64,000 bases of DNA, from contig CM060731.1 in the NCBI GenBank assembly GCA_030704615.1, positions 4,278,001 to 4,342,000 of the forward strand. Reading direction: 5' to 3'. Positions 35,701 to 47,596 of this stretch are shown piece by piece. Positions within the stretch are counted from its first letter, which is position 1. Every line of letters starts with the position of its first letter. The DNA is from Takakia lepidozioides. Lineage: Eukaryota; Plantae; Bryophyta. Under the pieces are notes generated by a model. It did no database searches and was not told the DNA's origin. It worked only from the letters and a program-made list of their open reading frames with translations. The position numbers and the translations under genes were made by a program.

Positions 35701-38700
35701 TTTCATCTGAAAATCGGCCACTAAGGGCTTCTCATTGTGGTTCAATGAACACTTACGTGGCATGTCTTTGAGGTTCAATGAACACTTACCTTGCAGCTCA
35801 AACAGTGTGCGTCAACGCACACTGTTTGAGCTCACCTTTTCTTCCACACATGGCCTGTCTGCCATGCTCAAACACCATCGTCTCATGCCTCATTCTGATA
35901 TCAATTTGAATGGACAACCCTGCAGGAGAAGATGCAAAGTGTGGCGGAGGAGATCCCTTCGGTGCTAGGGAAGGAGATCATTGTTGATGTTGACGATGAG
36001 TTCTATGAAAGCAAAGCCGCTGAGATGTTGGGGGGTCAAAAGGTAAACTCTCAGCTTGTGGTGCAAAGTATGCTTGCCCCGGGTGGGAGGTTGAAGATTC
36101 CCTTGTGTAGGATGGTTTCCATGCCCGTCGTTCGATCACCCCTCATCGAGGACATTCTCAAGCTAGAGGCCGAGTTTGTTCATGGGTATTTGGATGGATC
36201 CGCAGTGTTTTACGTTTGTACAAAGGATTCCAGAGGCAATGAGCTCCTTGTGGATGAGTCAATCGTGGACTCCTGGGATCCTATTTGGAGACAGGTGAAC
36301 GAATCCTTCAAACTTCTTCTCTCTAGGAAACCTTTCACCCAGGCATTCTCGGGGAAGATGTTTCACGTTTGGGATGGGAACCACCGGTTGCTTGCATGGA
36401 TGGCTGTCATTGGGAGGCAGCACTCACAGGAGGAAGAGTGGCATTACTCTGTTCGATCGATGGTGCTGGATTGTGAGGGGAACATGATGGGTCTTTTGAC
36501 GGCAATGAATGATGTGAACAGGTTGGTTTCTCATTCTACATGTTCCACTTGTAGTTCCGTGTTCTTTGATTAATGTCTTGAATTTCATTCTGACTTTCAG
36601 ATATTATTCTGCAGAGGAACGGAGACATCGCACTGTCAAAAACGAGTCTGGTTCACACACTGGTATAGGATACAAGGATCGGGCAGATGCCCTTGACCAA
36701 CTTCAAGAGACCATCCTTCAGCAGAGACGTACAAGAAGTGCGAAAGCTCCAAGACATCGGAAACGTGACTCGTTGACACGTGAGGCTTTCATGGAGTACA
36801 TGTACACGGTGAGATACATCTTCCTTCATCTGCCCTTTCCATATTCCTGCTTCCACATGTTTGTTTTTGTTTGTTTCCCTTGCCCTTGGGTTGAATGCAC
36901 TCTCGTGCTTTCCCTTGCAGCAAGACATTGCAGATGCAAGGAGCGTGGCAAAACTGGAATACTACAGGTCCCCCCTGAGGAGAGAAGGATAGCAAAGGGG
37001 GTTGAGAGTCACACTACCAGAAAGAGATGACCGCTATAAAACAAGGACTATAATGAGTGCTTTTGTGAACCAGTTGAGAATTGCCGACAGACCCATCATT
37101 CGATCGCAGTTTTCTCTAGAGATACAAAAAAAAAACCATTATAACAAGCCAGGCAACCAAGATGGCCAGGAGAATGTCACACAGGTTGTCTACCGCCGTT
37201 GTGTCTTCAGAACAGAAGGTGAAGTGGCTACCAATATGGACTCCGATCCCACAGTTAGGGATACCCCATGTTTCCCAGGCCGGAGAAAGAGACGAATACC
37301 CAAACGTGTCATTACCTGTCAGTGACAATGTGCTGGACACATTGCTTCACAAGGCCACTTACTGGACCAGGTGTGATGTCCTTTCCTGTGTCACTTTCTT
37401 TTTCTCTTTTCTCCCGTCCTTCTCTTTCCATTGCCTCTCACATTCGCTGTGATTTTTTTTTGGGTTCATTCTTGCATTTGATTGTTTTTGCAGTGGGAAG
37501 AAAGGGTACGGTTTGGTTCTGCATACTCAGCTGGCTGACTATGGCATCACTGTGACAACACCAAGGGTCTCCTTTGAAGCATACATAGGAAATGAGAGCC
37601 ACAGTGTGTCACTCTTGTTTCCTTAGAGAGTTTCAGCAAGGAGGGTGGCATCAGTCAAACACATGACCTTGACCAGCAAGAAAAAGGAGAGGAAGCCTGG
37701 AAACGATGCCTTTACAGGTGCACACCCTGGGCCATTCAGGCTACTTAGTGTGCTGTGGTTTGCAATGTACTCTGACGCATACAGTTTAAGGGGGTCTTTC
37801 CTGTTGTGATGGAAAAGCGTGAGAGCAATAATTGCATTGCATAATAGGCTTGCTCTGTTCCTGCAGGTACAATAAAGAAGTTTGTTCTCATGGAAGAGAA
37901 TTGCTTGGACAAACCTCTAGATTTCGTGGACCTCTGGCTTGTCCCTGCTGGCAATCAGCAGACCGGGTTTACTATACGGGATCTTGCATGACTGGGGCCC
38001 AGACCATCTTTCTTCTTGTGTTGGTATTTGGATTGCCCTCCTTTCTGAGACCCCCACCAGCTCCGGAGGTGTCTTTGAGGAGAGAGAATGAGCAATTGCA
38101 GCCACTGCCACGCAAGCAGCCGACCTCGACATTCATACAAAATGTGAGGACTCTGCAGAGAGGGAGCCTCCCGCTCAGGATAACCCCGGTAGAGGTAGAA
38201 AGGCAAAAGGGAAAGATTTGCTGGTGTTGTGGGGAAGGAAGGGGTAGAGGGAAGGTGGCACAAGGCTGGAAGTGTTGCAGATATTGCCCAGTGGTGCATG
38301 TCCAGTAGACCCCACACCGCAAGGTAGGGGATCCGTGAGAAAGAACAAGGGGTGGTTGATCCCAAGGACCTACCATGTAGTGGAACATCCGACTAGGGTC
38401 ATTCATGCGCCCTATCAGGTGGAGATGGCCAACGTCGGATTCCTGGCCATGATGGAGTCCAAGAAATATCTGATTACAAGGCGAGCCATACCAGTTTGGG
38501 AGAGATTGTAGAGTTCCTCGGCACGGTGCGTGTTCTTTCTTTCTGGCTTCTTCTCTGCAGTGGGCATGGATCGTTTCAATCCTCTTGAGTATCCATTGTA
38601 ATTTTGTTTGCATGCTAAAATGACCAAATCCTGGGTGAAACGGGGAAGGAGAAGCAATATGCAGCCGAACTAAATATCTTTGGACATCATCCCTGATGGT

Positions 38701-40055
38701 TGCAGTCCCGGATGTCCCTCCATCGGTTTCTTGTCCGGGTTGAATGCTTTTGATGAGCGCTACTGGCCGTGGGTTTTCTCCTTTAGCAATTTTTTCCAGT
38801 CCGATGCAGGTGTTTTGGTGCTCATACAGTCCGCCGACGTTCGCTGTTGCCTTGCCGTGCACTTGCCAGCTATTTGAAAGCCTCGGCATGAAGTCCTGAA
38901 GACAGAATTGTGTGAACAGCATCTACCTTACGAAGGGGGATCGTCCGGGAGAGATGGTAAATTTGCCTTCTTCTTCCTCTTCTTGGTGGTTCTCGATGGA
39001 GTTGGTGTAGGTCGCTCAACTCATATGTAGGGGGGGCCTGATTTTTGAAGCTTCTTAGTTCTTTACTCTGGATGTGTTGTTCGCAGACTCGTTTGTTTTG
39101 AAGCTGTTTGTCTCGTCCGAGTGCTCCACCAATGACTCCGCCGGCATTTCGGAGTTCACCATCATCATGGGGGCAAGTTCATAGAACGACAGGACAAATC
39201 TTCCCAAGGATTACATGACCACACTACGTCAACAGCAAGTCTACTTGCGAAGGGGGAATGGGGTTCCTTGGAGAGGGGCGAGGGAGAGGATCCCCGCTTT
39301 CATTCAAACGATTGTGGAGTGCTGCACCTACACAGACGCCAGAGTTCTCGATTTGTCAATGGGCACAGGTTCGTCTCTTCAACATTCGGATTTAATGAGG
39401 TTTGATTGAGCTTGCACTTTCAGTACTTCCGACCGTTCCATATGTGTCTTCAATGTCTGCTTCCTTCATTCTATTCCACTGCAAGTGCTTCGTACCACGC
39501 TTGCAAGGCCATTGCGCGACATCTCTTGGGATTGAAGGGGATGCTGAGATTTACAAGAACCTCCTGATGGGTTTGGGTGGACACACTTCTCAAGTCCTTC
39601 CGAAGCCCCGTCCCGCTGATATTGATACAGAGGAGACTTCCGACAAGGAGCTGGACTCCGACTTTGCCTGTGAGTAAGTTCAACCTGTGGATGCTTGCAT
39701 TGTTGTTTCAATATCGAGAATCACTGTTCTTGAGGCAAAGTCCACATGGCAGACATCCTCTTCGTTGGACTTGTGTATTGCATATTGTGTTCTGAATGGG
39801 TTTTTGTCGACATATGCAGGAGTCCGCGTGCTTCCACTTCCAGGGCTATCACACCTATTTGGACTTCTTTCCAGTCCTCCTCGGTCTTGCGTGCTACCTG
39901 TCTATGCGGAGGCACTCGCAACAAGCATGACCGTTCATGGCACTCGGAGTCCACCCATCGACGGCCGTGGTAGAAGACGTGGTGTTGGGGCCGGAATCTT
40001 TGTGGATGACATAGCACAGGAGGTCGAGACTGATTCTGATGACTGTGACACTTGA
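32740..40055 (+). pseudogene. Multi-exon cargo gene B: acidic N-terminus, ParB/Srx-like domain, N6A/N4C-MTase-like domain, acidic tail
   Basis: VWDGNHRLLAW (DGNHR 36373-36387); LDIIPDG (38683); PWRGARERIPAFIQTIVECCT..ARVLDLSMGTG|ASYHACKAIARHLLG.EGDAEIY (39260-39555); GT-AG introns. Linkage of the 32740-33056 exon is uncertain (phase mismatch). Confidence 0.7.
33175..35835. repeat. Tandem array of ~23 units (115/117-bp alternating, ~232-bp dimer), each with a ~36-40-bp palindrome
   Basis: GCTCAAACAGTGTGCGT-NN-(A/G)CGCACACTGTTTGAGC recurring every ~116 bp. Confidence 0.95.
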
Positions 40056-40742
40056 TATGAAGTTTTCTTTTGGTTTTATTCAAGGCCAAATTTGAAATGG
40101 GATGGTTGTGTGTCCTTGTTGTCCTGTTTGCAATGTGTGCGTGGAATGCACATTAATGGAACAACTATTGTTGGAGATGGGGGTTGCATGGACTGCCCGG
40201 ATTGTTCCTTCAATCTATTTAGTGTTTTCTGGACCTCACAGACTTGAGTGCATTGCAAAAACAAACAAACGACTTTGGTTCGTGTACAACATTCTCGCAT
40301 CATTTGGTCGTTGGTCTCCAAACCATTCCTGCTAGAAGAATGGTTGGTGAATCCATCACGGTGAAGTCCACCTCATCAAAGAGCTGTGAGGCATTCTCAA
40401 ATCTAATGAGCATCCATGATACTCCCGCACATACCTGGCATGTTCGCAAGGGTGGTGAGTAAGAAAAGATTTCGCAGGGTTCCGCTTTAGATCATGTCAG
40501 TGTGCACCTCCTCACGACGTACCCACATAAACTTGTGAGGGCTTGGTATGTTGATAACGTCTGCATGGATGCAATGGATACAATAGATGTAACATATCCA
40601 CTCTGCATTCCCGGGAAATGGCTGATCAACCCGCGGAAATAGGCCCTGCATGTATGCTGACGTGGCGTGAGCCTGTGCTGGGCTCACGATTTCCTGGGCT
40701 CACAGGCTCACGGCTCCAGGCTCACGGAATAGCACCCCCCCA

Positions 40743-41185
40743 GCTGCAGTGGGGTCATGGGCTCATCGTCCACGGCTATGGTGGACTAACTTGATGCCAC
40801 CCGCACTGCTCAAGCGTGCATTTGATGGGGTGCAGCGGCCAGCACACCTCACAGTGGATAGCATTTTGGACACAGGGAGGCAGTCTCAACGTGTGAGACA
40901 CGATGACCATTCGCCTTTGGTAGTGGTCAACAGGTTGGGTCAACCATGAGCAGCATTACCTACACTGCTCAGCTTCCCAGGATCCCATGCTTTTCGTGAT
41001 GGTGGACATGGCCTCTTGTGGGATAGCCAGTTGCAACAATTAGTGGAGCCCAATGCTGACGAGCGCGAGCGGGCGATGGGTTTTACCACAGGTACCACGG
41101 CGGTGCCATCTCTTTCTGAGGCATCACGTCGTCAGGTGTTGGGGCAAGCAATGGATCTCAATTGCTTGACCTGGATTATCAGCTT
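40743..41185 (+). pseudogene. C-terminal half of a DNMT3/DRM-like cytosine-5 methyltransferase within pol
   Basis: AAVGSWAHRPRLWWTNL (motif VIII), ERERAMGF..GTT (IX), SEASRRQVLGQAM (X); in frame with RT apart from stops at 40947 and 41487. Confidence 0.8.
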
Positions 41186-41615
41186 GGCTATGGCTGAGCA
41201 GCGCAGAGTACGGAGTACACTTCCCTTCATGGTCTCCCTGCCTACCGAGACGGTACAGGCAGCGAGTGGGGGCGAGCAGGTGAGGACCATGAGGTGCAGG
41301 CCGCATCCATGGCACACGTGGGAGATGCTCGAGGTTCAGAAGGAGTTGGCAGCCAAGGCGGCGGTGATGGATCAGGTTGGGGATTTTTCTCGGATTGAGG
41401 AGGTCCTCAAGGATGGGATGATGGGGCAGGATGAGACATTGTCACTGACAGAGGAGGTAGTGGTCACTGCTCAAGAGGTTGCAGCATAGCAACCACGGGA
41501 CGCGTCTTCTACCTCTAAGCCTTCTGGACTCAAGGTTGCAGTCACGGAGGACAACTGGGAGCCTGATGTTGGACCTATAGTCACCGGAGGAGAGAGACGA
41601 TGTATACGGTGGTTC

Positions 41616-44564
41616 TTGAGGGCTTACAAGAACCGCTTTGCCTTCAGTTTGAAGGACTTAGGAGCACTGAAGGGTCAAGAGATTCGCATTGAATTGGCTA
41701 CTGACACGCCAATCTTTTGGAGACCCTATAGATACAGTGACATGGAGAGGTCCTTGATTCAGATGAGAACTCAGGACCTTTGGGAGGCTGGTTTGGTGGA
41801 GCTATCTGGGGGAGAGTATGCTTCAGCCACAGTGATGCCAGCCAAGAAGGATGTCTTTGGCAATTGGACGGAGAGACGTATGTGCGGTGATTACCGGCCT
41901 GTAAATCGTCAGACCAAGTCCGATAGGTATGTCATGCCAACACCAGAGGATATCTTTGATGCCATTGGGCATGCCAAGGTCTTTAGCACGTTGGATTTAC
42001 GATCTGGATATCACCAGTTGCCAATCAAGGAGGCGGATAAGCAAAAGACGGCATTCTGGGGGATCAATGAGCACGGGAAGGATTGCCTATACCAGTGGCG
42101 GTTCTTACCATTTGGCTTAAGAACGCTCCGGCAGAGTTTCAGAGAGTCATGGACAGGATTCTAGCAGGGGTGGAGTTTGCTCGGTGCTACATAGATGACA
42201 TCATCATCTTTAGTGCTACGGTGGAAGAGCATGAGAGACCACCTTCAGGGGGTATTTGAGCGCTTGAGGGCGCATGGATTGAAGTTACATCCGGGAAAGT
42301 GCAAGTTTTTCCACAACCAGATTGAGTATCTGGGTCACATGATATATCCTAGAGGATTGGGGGTACAGCAGACTAAGGTAGAGTCCATTGCATAGGTTCC
42401 ACGCCCCACGGATGTGAGCCGAGTTCGAACTTTCATGGGGTTAGCAAACTATTATAGACGGTTTGTTAAGGGATTTAGTGCCATTGCAAAGGCTCTAACC
42501 AAGCTGACCAAGGTGGACCAGGAGTGGCAGTGGGAAGATGAGCAAGAACAAGCTTTTCAAGAGCTCAAGGCAAGGTTGACCTCGGCGCCCATCTTGAGAC
42601 GACCTATCAGGGGGCGTCCTTTTCAGCTGCATACAGATTGGAGCATGCTGGGGCTTGGAGCGGTGCTCACACAGGTGGTGGATGAGAGGAAGAGAGTTTG
42701 TAGTGGCTTATGCTAGCCGCTCGAACAACGTTGCAGAGTCTAAGTATAGCTCATATGAGGGAGAATGCTTAGCTGCAGTGTGGGCCGTGGCACACTTCAG
42801 GTACTATCTATACGGCAATCTCTTCACCCTTGTCACGGATCACCAACCACTCAAGTGGTTGATGGAGTCAGACAAGCTTACGGGGAAGCTGGCACGGTGG
42901 GCACTCATCCTTCAAGAGTATGACTTTCAGGTGGTGCATCGACCGGGTTTGGTCAATCACAATGCAGATGGGTTGAGTCGCAATCCATGCACGAGCCAGC
43001 AGGATGACACTGGAGCTCGGTGGCATGGTGAGATGGATGAGGAGATTGTGCCGGGATGGCACGCATCTGTATTTTTGTGTATCTTGGCATCAGGAGGTCA
43101 GGTTGGACCTACAACATGGATGACTATAGACGGAGTGTCTGAGGTCCCTGAGGCTAGTGATGAGCCAGGTGGTACCCGAGATATACATGAGGATTCGGCT
43201 GTGTTGGACTACCTCCGTACAGGAGACACGACAGCCACTGTGACTGCCAAGGAGAGGGATCGGATTCTGCAACGAGCCAAGAGGTTCAAGTGGGAGGGGA
43301 TACACCTGCTCCGAGTATGTGAGGATGGTTGGGTGAGGATTGTGCCTCACCCCACACAGCGTGCACGGTTAGTGCGGCATGCCCATGAGGAGTTGGGGCA
43401 TTTTGGAGTGGGACGCACTCACAGTTTACTGCAGGGGCAGTATTGGTGGCGTGGTATGCATACAGAGGTGCAACACTTCGTGGCTAGGTGCATGGTGTGT
43501 GACAGGGTGCGTGCTTCATTCAACGCCCCTACCCCACAGTTGCATCCTTTACCAATCATGGGATTGGGCTATAGGTGGAGTCTTGACTTCGCAGGACCGT
43601 TGCCACTGACTATGTGCCACCACAGATATGTGTTGGTGATGGTGGAGCACTTCTCCAAGTGGATTGAGTTGGTTCCATTGCCTGACAAGGCTAGTGAGGG
43701 GGCTGCGTATGCATTCTTGGATTGTGTGCTTCGCCGATTTGGTGCTCCAGCTGAGGTACTCACGGACCAAGGGAGAGAGTTCTTGGGGGAGTTTCAGGCT
43801 TTGTGTGACAAGGCCTCGAAAGACCACCGCACCACTTCTCGGGATCATCCTGAGGCCGATGGCTTGGCAGAGAGAGTTGTTCAGACAGTAAAGAGGGGTT
43901 TGCGCAAGTATGGCTTGCAGAAGGGACACCCAGAAGATTGGGACCTTCAGTTACCTTGGTTAGCCATGGGCTATAGGTTCAGCAAGCAAGCATCACTTGC
44001 CTCCTTCTCACCATACTTTCTTCTCTTTGGCCGAGAGCCGAATTTGCCTACATCCATTCGTAGAGAAGCTGCTACAGTTCTTAACCTTGACGATCCGGAC
44101 GTGTGGGCACGTGCATATGAGCAGCGTGCAGAGTTGTTCAAGAAAGTCATGCCCATGGCTTTCGTGAACCTTGCCATTGCACAACATCGTGATACGTTGA
44201 GGTATGCTACCATAGGTGGTGGGGGCTATCGTCCTTGGATGTGACTGCAGGACGTACTATTTTGAGGGTTCGAGAGGTGTTGCCCTGAGGAGTCCTGATC
44301 TTGGAGGGTCGGGATGGCATGATTTGGAAGGACCATGTGCGTAATTGCGCGCCATGTCACCTTCCAAATGTTGATGGAAGGGTTGATCCAAACCTGGCAG
44401 TGGTACCTGCAAGTTTGAGGTGCATGTTGTGTGGGTCTGCTAGAGGGGCAGCCACCATGCTGGTGTGTGATCAATGCTCTAGAGGTTGGCATATGGGATG
44501 CTTGACTCCACCTCTTGAGATGGTTCCTGATGGGGATTGGTTATGTCCGCATTGCATTGGATAG
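41616..44564 (+). pseudogene. Gypsy RT-RNase H-integrase-PHD, frameshifted
   Basis: Track ORFs 41616, 42195, 42414, 42655, 44301; PHD CMLC...LVCDQCSRGWHMGCLTPPL..VPDGDWLCPHC. Confidence 0.9.
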
Positions 44565-44821
44565 TGGGAGTGGATACAACCATGGAAGGCTAACAAGAAA
44601 TGCAAGGCCAAGCTACTAGGAGACCAACACACGAGATCGTGACTCAAGTTCACAGATTGCAAGACGGCAACTAACGATGGGGTTGCTCTTGTACCCGGCC
44701 TCTTGGTCTATAGAGTTTGAGTACAATAGGGACAGTGATAGAGGACTTAGTACGGCTGTGGCTATTACATCTTGTAGCTATCTGGAGTTAGAGGGACCTA
44801 ACCACCAGCTAGGGGGGCGAT

Positions 44822-45318
44822 TGTGGTATAGCTTTCTAGGATTGTGTGGTGGACAGCAATGTATGTTGTGGCACGATGCTTAGGTGCACGACAGCTGTCA
44901 TGGTTTTAGTCATGGTTATCTAGAATTACCTACTTCTAGTTAACTATGACATTTTAGATATTTATATTTATATTTTGTGTGTTGGGACTTCATTTGGTCT
45001 CACATGCCAAGTGAGGTGTCGAGCCTCACTTGAGACATGGAGATAGGTTTTCCCCTTGTGAGTGTTGAGGAGGCTCATCTTCTTGTAGTTGAGCCTCCAT
45101 GAGCTTCTCTCACCTCCATAGCTCTAGGTATTGAGAGGGAGTGTGTTGAGGGCTTTGTAGGGTGGATTCCTTTAGCAAAGGTGCCCTTGGCTTGACTTAG
45201 TTTATGTGATAGAGTGGATTTCACTTGGAAGGACTAGGGCTTGTTCTTCATGTGATTGCTTCATGCTTTGAGAGCTTTCATTGTCTTCTACTTCTCTCAT
45301 ATCTCATCTCTTATCACA
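44822..45318 (+). repeat. 3' LTR (497 bp)
   Basis: TGTGGTA...TATCACA ends, immediately after the polypurine tract. Confidence 0.85.
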
Positions 45319-45319
45319 T

Positions 45320-45405
45320 TGTGGTATAGCTTTCTAGGATTGTGTGCTTAGATTGTGTGGTGGATAGCGATGTATGTTGTGGCACGATGCTTAGGTGCAC
45401 GACAG
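45320..45405 (+). repeat. Partial second copy of the LTR 5' end in tandem
   Basis: Repeats 44822-44895 with a small internal duplication. Confidence 0.85.
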
Positions 45406-46775
45406 CAGGCAATTTTAACAGAGACATTGCCCTCATGGGCCATACATACAATGGCATACGCAAACCCCCCTCACCAGTAGACCATGAATGGGAAAAATTT
45501 ACCCAATCACATCACCTCCGATACATACCCGCAGATGACAAGGAGGGCTCAACTACTCCTCCCTAAGTCTCCTCGATGGCTACTACCTCAAAACACAAAA
45601 TGAGATCCCTACATATCTCAATAGCCATGTACATATCGACAGTCTATGCAACTCAGACCACTATCATGTCTCCGTAACTCTCCCATCATCCCTTATTCCT
45701 TTCCGGCCTATCCCAGCCGTGCATGCATTCATGCTTTCTTTATCTTACCGCCCCAATCATCCATTCCTCTCCATCCCCTCTTGCTGGTCAGCTCTCTCCC
45801 TTATGTCCTTTTCTCTCTCCCTCTCTCTTTCTTTCAGGGTGAGTAGGTTCCTCACTCTTTCCACTGTAGCATGTCTATGATGCAATGCAATGCGCATTCA
45901 GCCAAGCATCCAGTGCACCCAGCATTGAAATCAACCTTGGTCACACAAGATATAATCAGCCCTTTTATCAGTCCCTCTCTTGCCAATGACAGATGCTTCA
46001 CACTCCACTTTTCCCAGGTGTAGCCATTTGCCCAAGACAGCTCTCAACCCTTCTACAGGTCTCAATTTACACACCCTGACAGCTCTCTTTTTCCCATCAA
46101 CTGTGAACCTCAGTGGTTCACATGCTGAGAGCACCCTGAGAATCAGATCCAAACCCAAACAGATGTTGGTTTTTCTGCCCCATCCACATCATCCCTTCTT
46201 GTTGTTTCCAAACAGTTCTATCTAACTCTCACTGGTTTCCTCTACCTACTAAGCTAACTGCAATGTGTCAACATCCCAGGCTAGATTGTTTGTACAAGCT
46301 CATGACGCTGAAACAAGGAACAAGAATACAACAGCAGCAACCATTCTGTCCCAGCAACGAATCAACCCTGTTTCCATTCATTTTCCTACTGTACAATGTA
46401 ACAGCAGGTGCATCCATCTCCAGTCCATCCTGGTTTGAAGTCCAGTGTCTTCATTCCATTTCCAAAGCTCTTTTTCTTCCTCACATGTCAGTATCTCTTA
46501 CTACATACAAGAGACAGTCCAAACTTCACAAAGCGATTTCTAAGTCCAAAAAGAGAAGACCACTCTTCAAACTTATCTGTCTTATACTCATTGAAGCGGT
46601 GGGTCTGCCTGTCACGAAGGCACCTTGTCCTCTCCCTCGTCAGCCATTTCCGACGTCTTTTCTTATCGTGATTCCAGTCCTCATTAAGGCATGACGGCTC
46701 TGCTTCAGCTGCTGGCACATCCTTGTGCCTGCCAACCTCTACCCTATCCTTCTACATGTGCATTTCTTCCCTATG

Positions 46776-47240
46776 AAGTGATCTGGTCCTACAGCCTTTA
46801 AGACAGAGAGCAGATACAAAACTTAATTATAGATAGCTTAAGCGCCATACACACCAGAAGGCGGCACCGCTTCCTCTTGCACAGAATGCCAAGCCAGATC
46901 CCTTAACGTCGCTCTTTAAGGCAAGCTGATTCCCTTACAAAGTGATCTGGTCCTAAAGCTCAAAAACAGACAGCAGCTACAAGATTTGATCACAGACAAC
47001 CTGAGGCGCTATACACACCAGCCTGCATTTCTCATCCCCCAACACCTGCTGAGCCGCTCCATCTCCTCATTAATGTGCTCATCAAGACAATGGCGACAGC
47101 AGTGGTGCACCGCCCTTATCACAAACCTGATCCCTCTGGTTTGATCATTGCTTACGAAGAAGGCGGCACCGCTTCTTCTTGCACAGAAAGCCAAGCAGGA
47201 GCTCTTAACATTTCCCTTAAAAGCAAGCTGATACCCTTTG
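46776..47240. repeat. Diverged ~165-bp direct repeat, second copy with ~135-bp insertion, in Gypsy-3 3' region/LTR
   Basis: AAGTGATCTGGTCCTA...ATACACACCAG and AAGGCGGCACCGCTTC...GCAAGCTGAT each occur twice. Confidence 0.75.
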
Positions 47241-47596
47241 CGTAGGTGGAACTTTCTCAGATATCCTGTGCTGCCAACACCACTGCAGCAGCTGCGAAAA
47301 GATACACGCACTCTTCCCCTTCGAATTTCACATCCTGCTTCTAGGGTTCAACATCATGGATGAAAATCATTCATCCTAGGGATGAAAAAGGCGCATGTCA
47401 TAACTTAGCCATATTTTGTTCTTGGCAGATCAATAGCATAGTCTTTCCATGGAATTACCTCAAGTTAGGGACAATTTCTCCCCTTCATTAGCACGAAGGG
47501 CACTCCCTTTGTAGTAGTGCCGAAACCTGATGCCAAACAAAAACTTGAATTTTTACCCCCTGCACTCACACTACATATGTAGTGTGCCTTCTTTTT

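Larger units (their letters stand above)
30768..40740. mobile_element. MULE family member B (transposase 5' part, palindrome array, ParB-MTase cargo gene, right terminus)
   Basis: Transposase homologous to A and C; terminus ...GCTCACGGAATAGCACCCCCC at 40740 with GCTCAC subterminal repeats. Confidence 0.78.
40741..45318 (+). mobile_element. Ty3/Gypsy retrotransposon with DNMT3-like C5-MTase and C-terminal PHD finger (5' part missing)
   Basis: DNMT motifs, RT (LDLRSGYHQ, YIDD), RNase H (HTDWS, YEGECLAAVWA), integrase (HEELGH..CMVC, SLDFAGP, TDQG, GLAER), PHD, PPT AGGGGGGCGA, 3' LTR. Confidence 0.9.

Noticed and set aside
33175-35835. CRISPR-like array of palindromic repeats
   Set aside because: Intervening sequences are homologous alternating linkers, not unique spacers; no cas genes; eukaryotic context.
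35926-39677. Bacterial contamination as source of ParB-MTase
   Set aside because: The gene has GT-AG introns at positions shared by two copies and lies inside eukaryotic TEs.
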